A DNA stretch of 29,774 bases from Candidatus Micrarchaeota archaeon CG08_land_8_20_14_0_20_59_11 (GTDB lineage: Archaea; Micrarchaeota; Micrarchaeia; Norongarragalinales; Norongarragalinaceae), in assembly GCA_002763345.1 (NCBI GenBank), contig PEXZ01000012.1:1-29774 (forward strand). The letters are read 5' to 3'. The position numbers and the translations under genes were made by a program. Shown piece by piece: positions 22,850 through 29,774 of this stretch (its first letter is position 1; every line of letters begins with the position of its first letter). The notes under the pieces are model-generated. The model saw only the letters and a program-made list of their open reading frames with translations. It searched no databases and was not told the origin of the DNA.

Positions 22850-25294
22850 CTATTTCTTCCTGCCGAAGAAATACCACGCGCCGCCGATTACGAGAACGGC
22901 GAGCACCGCCGCAATCGGCATCCAGTCAGCAGCCCCTGCTTTCTGGAGCTGCGCGCTCATCTTCGCGCTGACGAGGTCCTGCGCCTGTTGCGCGTACTGT
23001 TTCGCCAAGGCGTAGTCGCCGCCGTCGCGCGCCTGTTCAGCGAGCCCTATGAGGCGCTGGACGTCGCTCACGTCGTAGCCCTTCACCTGTGCGTCGAGCA
23101 TTCCCGTCCTGGCGTCCCTGATGTACGCGTTCGCGGAGGAAAGCTCGGTTGAAGGCGTTTCCGCGCCTGTTTCCTCGGACGACGTCTCGGTCGGCGTTTC
23201 CCCGGCGGAAACCGAGGGCGTCGGCGTTATCTCGAGAACAGTCGGCGTTGGAACCCCTGCGCCCGCAGGCGTCGGAGCAGGCGTCGCCCCTGCGGGGCAG
23301 TCCGGATCGGAGGCGCAGCAGGAGCGGCAGACGCCGTCAAGGGCGCACGAACCGCAGTCCTGAGTTGTTCCGCCGCCAACCCCAGTTATCGCTGGTATGG
23401 AATAGCTCACTGAAAGCGAGTGCGAACCCGAACCCGTATTCAGCAGGGTAAGGCTTCCTAGGGTGTAGTTCGAGTTGCACGTCAGCGTCTGGCCGTCAAG
23501 AATCACGACGGTATTCGCGCAGCCAGCGCTCGCGATGCCCGGCACCTTGGCGGTAAGGTCGAGGTTCGTCTGCACCGACGACGAGAAGGAGGCATTGTAG
23601 TAGTTGCTGCTGCCGACGGAGGCGGGCGTGTTGGCGTTTTCCTCAAGCGCAGGGAAGGACATCGTTGCGTTGAATTTCAGGGTCACGTTAGAAGCATCGG
23701 AATGTGGAAGCCAGTTGCCGAAGGAGGCGGAGACGAGCTGCAACTCGTAAATCCGCAGGCACATCATCATTATCCCGTTGTAGTTCGGCGAACCCGGCAT
23801 CTTGTCGGTCTGGTTCGTGCAGTTAGTGCGCACGGCGACGCCGTCGTACGTCCAGTTGCCGACTCCGTCCGACTCGTTCCAGTACATGCCCATGTTGCTG
23901 CTTATGTTGAACGTGGAGGTGTTGGGCGTCCCCGACATGAAGGGCGTGACGTTCTCCGGAAGGAAGAACCGTATTGTCAGGTTGTTGAGCGTGTAATTGT
24001 CGAGGAGGTTTAATATGCTCGCGGTATATTCGTAGGTTATGTTCTGCCCGAACGCCGGAGCCACGCCCGGACCGAACCCGCCGCCGATGTTCTGCCATCC
24101 GACGTATATCGGCGAGGACTCGCCATAGTATTGCCCGGCAGTAATGTTCTGCATCGTGAGAAAAACGCTTACATCGGTGTTGTTCGCCAGCGTAGCGTTG
24201 CCCGTGTTTACCATGAACAGCCCGCCGTTAGCGCAGTCGCTCTGGTCGTCCAGCCTGAACGTCATGTTCAGGCCGTTCTCCGCCGCCCAGGAGGAGTTCG
24301 TCATGAGGTTGCCTATCTGGATGGTGAAACCTGACTGTGAGGGAACGCCTATCGTCATATTGAACGATTCGTTCGTGAAAAAGTCCCACTGCGTCTCGTT
24401 GCGGATCAGGATGGGCATGAGCGTCTGATCTTGACCAAAGGAGTTGTTCACTGGCGAGCAGATCCTGAAGAGCATGTCGTTACTGCTCAGCATGTTCCTG
24501 AGCGAGAACGTGAGGTTGTACGTCCAAAGCTCGTTATAGCTCGGGCGCTCCATCATCGAGCCAGGCATATACATCAGCGCGCCGACCGAGTTGTTCCGCG
24601 CTTCTGGGCGCTTGGACGTCTGGTTGAACGCCATTATCGGCGTGTCCATGCTGTACGTCGCGCGCGTCTGGTTCCAGCCGGTTATCCAGAACGTCGCGTT
24701 GGTGGAGGACTCGGGGTTCAGGGCGTAGGCATACGGGCGCGGATTCACGTAATAGTCTGTTCTGTAGTGCGCCGCTGGCGTAGAATTCACCGTCACGTTG
24801 TTCGCGCCGAAACCCGTGGCGTTTGTGGTAAGGTTTATCCAGAAGTAGGTCGGCACAGTTGTGTTGACGTCGCTCAGGGCGGACACGTTCGCGGTGACTT
24901 TTACGGAAACGTTGGTGAAGTTGGCGTTCCAGTCGGTATAGTTTATCTGGCAGGCAACCCGAGAGTTATAGTCCGTCATTCCGTACGGGTCCCTGGAGTA
25001 GTTTACCGGCCTGAACCCCCCTGAGCCGTTGCAGTCAGCTGCGCGGTAGGGCTGGAAGCCGTAGGGCATGTTGAAATCAACTGCGAACCACCAGCTCTGC
25101 GGGCTTTCGCCGGAATAGTTAACGTACGCATAAAGGGTGTAGTTCTGCGACCAGTTGCCGATGTTCGTGGTGAAGTTCGCGGTGGTGTTTGCGGGCATAT
25201 AGGTTGCATGGTCCACGACGACCAAGTGGTCGACCGCCGAAACTGAACCCGCAACCAAAGCCAGAACGAGCAAACCCGCCAGTAACCTGTTCAT
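22850..25294 (-). CDS. Large heavily N-glycosylated cell-surface (S-layer-like) protein
   Basis: Signal peptide, about 44 N-x-S/T sequons (hand count), a Cys-rich mini-motif, a P/T/E-rich linker, a helical segment, and a C-terminal TM followed by RKK. SD GGAGG upstream. Confidence 0.85.
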   Translation of the reverse strand: MNRLLAGLLVLALVAGSVSAVDHLVVVDHATYMPANTTANFTTNIGNWSQNYTLYAYVNYSGESPQSWWFAVDFNMPYGFQPYRAADCNGSGGFRPVNYSRDPYGMTDYNSRVACQINYTDWNANFTNVSVKVTANVSALSDVNTTVPTYFWINLTTNATGFGANNVTVNSTPAAHYRTDYYVNPRPYAYALNPESSTNATFWITGWNQTRATYSMDTPIMAFNQTSKRPEARNNSVGALMYMPGSMMERPSYNELWTYNLTFSLRNMLSSNDMLFRICSPVNNSFGQDQTLMPILIRNETQWDFFTNESFNMTIGVPSQSGFTIQIGNLMTNSSWAAENGLNMTFRLDDQSDCANGGLFMVNTGNATLANNTDVSVFLTMQNITAGQYYGESSPIYVGWQNIGGGFGPGVAPAFGQNITYEYTASILNLLDNYTLNNLTIRFFLPENVTPFMSGTPNTSTFNISSNMGMYWNESDGVGNWTYDGVAVRTNCTNQTDKMPGSPNYNGIMMMCLRIYELQLVSASFGNWLPHSDASNVTLKFNATMSFPALEENANTPASVGSSNYYNASFSSSVQTNLDLTAKVPGIASAGCANTVVILDGQTLTCNSNYTLGSLTLLNTGSGSHSLSVSYSIPAITGVGGGTTQDCGSCALDGVCRSCCASDPDCPAGATPAPTPAGAGVPTPTVLEITPTPSVSAGETPTETSSEETGAETPSTELSSANAYIRDARTGMLDAQVKGYDVSDVQRLIGLAEQARDGGDYALAKQYAQQAQDLVSAKMSAQLQKAGAADWMPIAAVLAVLVIGGAWYFFGRKK

Positions 25295-25348
25295 GCCAAA
25301 CCATCCTCCCTTGCCATTGACAACGCAAATACCAGCAATAGGACGGCT

Positions 25349-25363
25349 GGACGGTTTAAAAAG
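25349..25363 (-). promoter_or_regulatory. Probable TATA box of the glycoprotein gene
   Basis: Minus strand CTTTTTAAACCGTCC, about 60 nt upstream of the ATG. Confidence 0.45.
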
Positions 25364-25384
25364 GCGATTGATTTAAAAACCGCG

Positions 25385-25498
25385 TCACACCGTCTCGACG
25401 AACACCCTGTCGTCCTGACGCGCCAGTCCGCACAGCCGCACGCCCTTGAAAGCCCTCTGAATCTCGCCGTAGCACAAGCGCGTCACATCGATTCTCAT
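25385..25498 (-). CDS. Small hypothetical protein, 37 aa (not in ORF track)
   Basis: MRIDVTRLCYGEIQRAFKGVRLCGLARQDDRVFVETV*, preceded by a strong SD (GAGGTGAT) and TTTATTAA at 25537-25544. Confidence 0.55.
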   Translation of the reverse strand: MRIDVTRLCYGEIQRAFKGVRLCGLARQDDRVFVETV

Positions 25499-25655
25499 TC
25501 CGCCATCACCTCGGAAAGAGGGCTTCCCCAGTGCGCTTAATAAACAAAAACAGACGGCGGCTTTCCACTGTCAGGAGGTTCCAGTGGGACACGGGAACAG
25601 TGCAGGCGCGGATTGTTGCGCGGCTGGCGAGCAGACGGCAAAACAAGCGGCGGCA

Positions 25656-26966
25656 TTACTTCAGCTTGCCGCCGAATTTTTTCTCCAACTGCTTCAGGAG
25701 TCCGCGGTTCCTTCCCAGCTGCTTCATCATCTTGGACACGCGCTCGAAATTATTGACCAGGTCGCGCACGTCGTCGGGCTTCAATCCTGCGCCCTTCGCA
25801 ACTCGCTCCTGCCGCACCTTTGCCTTCATCAAGTCGGGGTTCTTGCGCTCCTTCGACGTCATGCTCAGCACCGCCGCCTCGAACGCTTTCATCTTCTCCT
25901 CGCTTTTTCCTAGCATCTCCTCGGGCAGGTCGTACGCGCCCAGCATCTGCATGATTTGCTTCAGGGGACCCATGCGCTTCATCGCACGCATTTGCGCGAG
26001 GAAGGTTTCGTAATTGAGCTCGCCGCCCTCCATCGCCTTCTGGAGCGCTTCTTCGTCGGACGCCTCGCGCACCTTCTCCATCAGTGCGGGCAAGTCGGGA
26101 AAGCCCGTGAGTTGCGCGACGAATCCCTGGCTGTCGAACGGCTTGAGGTCGCCGATTTTTTCTCCTGTTCCGATGAATGCAACGCGGGCGCCGGATACGG
26201 CGACGCTGCTGAGCGCGCCGCCTCCCTTTCCGGAGCCGTCCATCTTCGTTATGACTACGCCTGAAACGCCTACGGAATCGTTGGACTCCTTCGCCTGCTT
26301 TCCAGCCACCTGCCCCAAGTCCGCGGACACGACGAGGAACGTCTCGTCGGGTTTGAAGGCGTCCTTCACGTCCTGCAGTTCCTTGATTAGCGCGGCGTCC
26401 ATGGCGCTTCTGCCTGCGGAATCGAAAATGAGGACGTCGTGCTTGTTGTTGTCGGAGCGCAGGGCGTCGACGGCAATCTTCGCGGCATTCTTCTCGGCCT
26501 TCTCGCCATAGAATCCGCATTTCGCCTGCGCGCTGAGCTGGTGGAGCTGTTCGAATGCAGCGGGGCGGTGCACGTCGCCCGCGATTACCGCAACCTTGAG
26601 CCCCTTCGATTGGTAGAACTTGGCTAGCTTCGCTATCGTGGTGGTTTTGCCCGCGCCGTAAAGCCCGAGCATGAGGATGCGCTGCTTGCCGAGCTTCGGC
26701 ACGTAGGATTCGCCGATTACACGCAGCAGCTCGTCGTAGACGACCCGCACCACGTGTTCGCGCTGGCTAAGCCCGGGAAGCTGCTTCTCCTTCAGCGCGC
26801 GCTCCTCGATGCGCTTGGTGAGCTCCATCACGAGCCGCACGTTCACGTCGTTGGAGATGAGGACGCGCTGCAACTCCTTCACGAGTTCCTTCACTGCGGC
26901 TTCGTCAACTAGCGCCGCGCCAGTGATGCGCGCCAGCGCCTTGCGTATGCCCGCGCCCAAGTCCAT
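25656..26966 (-). CDS. srp54: Signal recognition particle 54-kDa protein
   Basis: GLYGAGKTTT, D.HRPAAFEQL, DSAGR, TKMDGSGKGGGALS, and a Met-rich M domain (MKRMGPL..IMQML; SMT.KER.NP). Confidence 0.97.
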   Translation of the reverse strand: MDLGAGIRKALARITGAALVDEAAVKELVKELQRVLISNDVNVRLVMELTKRIEERALKEKQLPGLSQREHVVRVVYDELLRVIGESYVPKLGKQRILMLGLYGAGKTTTIAKLAKFYQSKGLKVAVIAGDVHRPAAFEQLHQLSAQAKCGFYGEKAEKNAAKIAVDALRSDNNKHDVLIFDSAGRSAMDAALIKELQDVKDAFKPDETFLVVSADLGQVAGKQAKESNDSVGVSGVVITKMDGSGKGGGALSSVAVSGARVAFIGTGEKIGDLKPFDSQGFVAQLTGFPDLPALMEKVREASDEEALQKAMEGGELNYETFLAQMRAMKRMGPLKQIMQMLGAYDLPEEMLGKSEEKMKAFEAAVLSMTSKERKNPDLMKAKVRQERVAKGAGLKPDDVRDLVNNFERVSKMMKQLGRNRGLLKQLEKKFGGKLK

Positions 26967-27014
26967 ATGGGTATCAATAGGAGGAACAGGTTTTAATGCC
27001 TAGTGCGCACCCCC

Positions 27015-27401
27015 CTACGAAAACGAGGCGACTACCTTCTTCGCCTTGGGGACGTTGCTCGTCTCGAAGCCGAACACCGCCTCGCCCCTGTCCGCGGGGA
27101 ACTGGTAGGCGTTCCTGATGTCGACACCGTTCTCCGCGAGTTCGCGCGTGAACCGCGCCAGCTCGCCGGCCTTGTTCTTGAGGCGGACGACCACCATCTC
27201 GAAGTCGGAAACGTCGTAGCCCGCCTTCTTCAGCACCGCCTTCGCCTTGGCGGGATTGTCGGTGACGATGTTAAGCACGCTCGTCTTGCCGTGCGCCTCG
27301 GCGGATATCGAGGAAATGTTGATGCGGTTGTCGCCGAGGATGCCGCTTACGTCGGCAAGCAACCCGACTCGGTCCTCCGTGACGATGGTGACGGTCTTCA
27401 T
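27015..27401 (-). CDS. Tandem ACT-domain protein
   Basis: Two ACT-like units: EDRVGLLADVS.IL....INI and LKNKAGELAR....LAENGVDI. Confidence 0.85.
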   Translation of the reverse strand: MKTVTIVTEDRVGLLADVSGILGDNRINISSISAEAHGKTSVLNIVTDNPAKAKAVLKKAGYDVSDFEMVVVRLKNKAGELARFTRELAENGVDIRNAYQFPADRGEAVFGFETSNVPKAKKVVASFS

Positions 27402-27456
27402 GATAGCCCCCCGAAAGAGTAGAAGGGGAAAAAGGAATAAAAAAGGATTGTTGCGG

Positions 27457-29748
27457 TTACTTCGCCTTCTTTCGGCCCATCACGGAATACGCGCCGTATG
27501 CGACGAGCGCCACGAGCAGCGCGCCTGCAATCCAGAGCGCGGTGGTGCTCGCGAGGAACATGCCGGACGACGGCGCGGGCTTCTTCGCCTCGTACGTTGT
27601 CGTTATCGGGACAAAGCCGGCCTTAGTCACGGCAATCGAGTACACGCCGTACTCGCCTGCGCCAAGCGTGGCGGAACCATTCACGCACGTCGCGGCGGAC
27701 GTCTTGTTCGAGGGCGACTTGACGCTGACGAGCGCGCCGTCGGCGCACTTAAAGCGCAGCGAACCCGCGGCGTAGGATACGTCCAGCGGCATCACCTCGA
27801 GCTTCGGCGTCGGCGTGGTTTTCTCGCCCTGCCCCACGACGTTGAGCGTAATCTCCTTCGTGGAGACTACTCCCTTCGACGTCGCGATTATCTTGATTGT
27901 GTAGGACTTGTTCGCCTCGTTCAGGGGCGGCGACGCGGAAAGGTAGACTACCTGCGCCTCCGCCTTTTCCAGAAGCACGAAATCGGGCGTCACGTTCACC
28001 CACGTCGGGCCTTCGACGTCGAGCGCGTACGCGTTCTTCAGCAAGCCCGTGTTCTGTATCGTGACCGGAATGATGGTGGATGCGCACTCCTCGACTACTT
28101 CGGTGTCGGGTCCGGCGACGCGCGCCACGTAGCACACCGCCTTCGAATAGACGGTGATGTTCACGCAGAGCTTGTCGCTGACGTTGCGCGACACCGAGGA
28201 AACGGCGAAGGTGAACTTGTACTTCAGCGGGTCCGCGTCGCACGTAAAGACAACGGGGTTCACGGTCCGCCTGCTCCTGCCCTCGATGTCCAGCACGGAG
28301 CCGTTAAGCAAATCCTGCTGTATCCATTCGGGCCCGTCCACGCGGTAGAGCAGGTAGGAGTCAGACTGCGTGCCGATGTTGATGACGTTGAAGGGGAACG
28401 CCTTGTCGGAGCACTGGCAAATCCAGTCGTTCTCTCCGCTGAGGCGCACGCCGTAGCAGCGTTCGAGGAATATGTAAGTCTTGTTCTCGCCGTAGGACAT
28501 TTCCGAGCGCGCGGAAACAATCGGCTCGTACTTGCCGTCCTTCATGCCCGAGGAAATCAGGAGCTTGACCTCCTTCTCCTCGCCGGGGTTGAGGAAAACC
28601 TGAGCCGGCTGGAGCGCGACGAAGTCCATATTTTTCACGGAAAGATTGAAGAGCTGCGGCGCGGCGCCCGTGTTCCTTATCTTCACGGGGAACGCGTGCT
28701 CGGTGTCGGAGCAGGTGTTGTTCGGGAGCATGACGTCGACGTTCACTCCGAAGCACGTCTTCGACACGACCTCGAGCGTCTTCTCGCGAACCGCGCCGTA
28801 CTTGGAGGCGGCGCTTACTTTCAGCGTGAAGGTGCCCGTGTTCGCCGCAATCGTGAGCTGCGTCTGCTGCGTCCCGCCCGATGCGATTTCAAGCGTGCGC
28901 GGGACTGTTGCCTGCGAAGCGTTCGTGTAAAGCGTTACGGTGTCGCCGAGCGGCCCCGCGTTCGTGACAACCATCGGCGTCGAGAAGGGCGTCTCCGCGC
29001 ACTTCTCGATTGCATTGCCGCCGAGGTTCGGGAAATTGAAGTCGAGTTGCTGGCAGTTGTTCATTATGAACTGCATCGAAAGCGTGCCCTCGTCGTTCGT
29101 GGGCTGCCCCGTAACCTCGTATATTGAAACCGCACGGACGTTCAGCGTCTTCGTTCCGGTTCCCGAAAGCTTGGCGGAATCGAGCGAAATATCAAACGCG
29201 GTTTCGCCGACTGCGGGGACGAAAACCTTCTGCGGCGCCGTTGCCGCAGCGGAGGCGTCTCCCGTAAGTATGATGGTGTAGTTCTTCGCCGCGGTCCTGC
29301 TCTTGTTGCGCAGGAGCACCTTGTAGGCGTGCTTCTCGCCGAGGCACATCGTCTTGCTTTCCGTGCTCGCGTCCTGCAGGGTGACGCAGGGCGTTACGCG
29401 GAGCGCGACGTGCGCGTTGGCATTATAATCCGAAGACTGCCCCTTGAGCGTGAAGTCGTAATTCCCGGGAGACGCGAAGCAAGACGGCGTCAGGTAGGCG
29501 TACAACGGAAGGGAACCCTGCCCGCCGATTACGGCGAGCGAAGGAGCCACTACTCCCCACGGTACGGACGACGTAATCGAGAACGAATAGTTGTCCGCAG
29601 TAGGCGCGGGGTTGCTCGCGGTGAAAACAACGAGCTCAGTGTCGCAGATGCACGCGTCTGCGGACACCTCGGTAGGCGCCAGCACCAGCGGCGACGCGGC
29701 GAGCATGGAAGCGAATAGGACAAGGACTGCTACGACTGCATACTTCAT
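27457..29748 (-). CDS. Multi-Ig-repeat, Cys-containing cell-surface protein with C-terminal TM anchor
   Basis: Signal peptide MKYAVVAVLVLFASMLAA, about six ~95-aa repeats (C...F.V.I.N.G...D.Y.L.V.G..W), then a TM helix followed by RKKAK. Confidence 0.82.
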   Translation of the reverse strand: MKYAVVAVLVLFASMLAASPLVLAPTEVSADACICDTELVVFTASNPAPTADNYSFSITSSVPWGVVAPSLAVIGGQGSLPLYAYLTPSCFASPGNYDFTLKGQSSDYNANAHVALRVTPCVTLQDASTESKTMCLGEKHAYKVLLRNKSRTAAKNYTIILTGDASAAATAPQKVFVPAVGETAFDISLDSAKLSGTGTKTLNVRAVSIYEVTGQPTNDEGTLSMQFIMNNCQQLDFNFPNLGGNAIEKCAETPFSTPMVVTNAGPLGDTVTLYTNASQATVPRTLEIASGGTQQTQLTIAANTGTFTLKVSAASKYGAVREKTLEVVSKTCFGVNVDVMLPNNTCSDTEHAFPVKIRNTGAAPQLFNLSVKNMDFVALQPAQVFLNPGEEKEVKLLISSGMKDGKYEPIVSARSEMSYGENKTYIFLERCYGVRLSGENDWICQCSDKAFPFNVINIGTQSDSYLLYRVDGPEWIQQDLLNGSVLDIEGRSRRTVNPVVFTCDADPLKYKFTFAVSSVSRNVSDKLCVNITVYSKAVCYVARVAGPDTEVVEECASTIIPVTIQNTGLLKNAYALDVEGPTWVNVTPDFVLLEKAEAQVVYLSASPPLNEANKSYTIKIIATSKGVVSTKEITLNVVGQGEKTTPTPKLEVMPLDVSYAAGSLRFKCADGALVSVKSPSNKTSAATCVNGSATLGAGEYGVYSIAVTKAGFVPITTTYEAKKPAPSSGMFLASTTALWIAGALLVALVAYGAYSVMGRKKAK

Positions 29749-29774
29749 GGACAAACCACCCACCTATTTGTTAC

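Noticed and set aside
25537-25656. 39-aa ORF (MPPLVLPSARQP...) starting in a TAATG overlap with the srp54 stop
   Set aside because: Pro-rich, atypical codon usage, and it ends in the TATA box of the next gene. Probably chance.
27247-29127. 626-aa + strand ORF, and similar long ORFs at 1120..2073, 14651..16018, 14610..15755, 19483..20472, 18123..19430 and 13809..14579
   Set aside because: These are antisense or alternate-frame shadows of well-supported genes. High GC suppresses stop codons, and the translations are R/A/G-rich with no motifs.
1-29774. CRISPR array, transposase, integrase or rRNA genes
   Set aside because: No regularly spaced direct repeats, no recognisable recombinase/transposase motifs and no rRNA-like segments were seen. 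Nearly all sequence is accounted for by the listed genes.

Overview
A gene-dense, GC-rich, purely archaeal chromosomal segment. It most plausibly comes from a DPANN-type archaeon such as Micrarchaeota; this is inferred from the gene content, the compacted operons and the many Ig-fold surface proteins, and no search was run. Housekeeping content: a streamlined nep1-rnp4-rps19e-PDCD5-rpl39e-rpl31e-aIF6-pfdA-ftsY run, srp54, elp3, gatE, cca, thpR, aEF-1beta, cutA, a TrmB regulator, a PssA-type CDP-alcohol transferase, a fused PPAT/GTP-dependent dephospho-CoA kinase, FAD synthase, a divergent tdh/kbl pair, a class III signal (prepilin) peptidase and an ACT protein. There are six predicted cell-surface proteins, including an 814-aa protein with about 44 N-glycosylation sequons. 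Four small genes missed by the ORF track were read by hand: rpl39e and three unknowns. Two tRNA genes were found: an intron-containing tRNA-Ile(UAU) and tRNA-Arg(GCG). The most unusual signals are (1) both tRNAs encode C55 in the T-loop (TCCAAAT) instead of the near-universal U55, (2) a family of four covarying hairpin+ATAC elements at gene ends with REP-like architecture, (3) the rare UAU-anticodon tRNA-Ile with a bulge-helix-bulge (BHB) intron, and (4) a two-state hairpin between that tRNA and nep1. No transposase, integrase or CRISPR array was seen.
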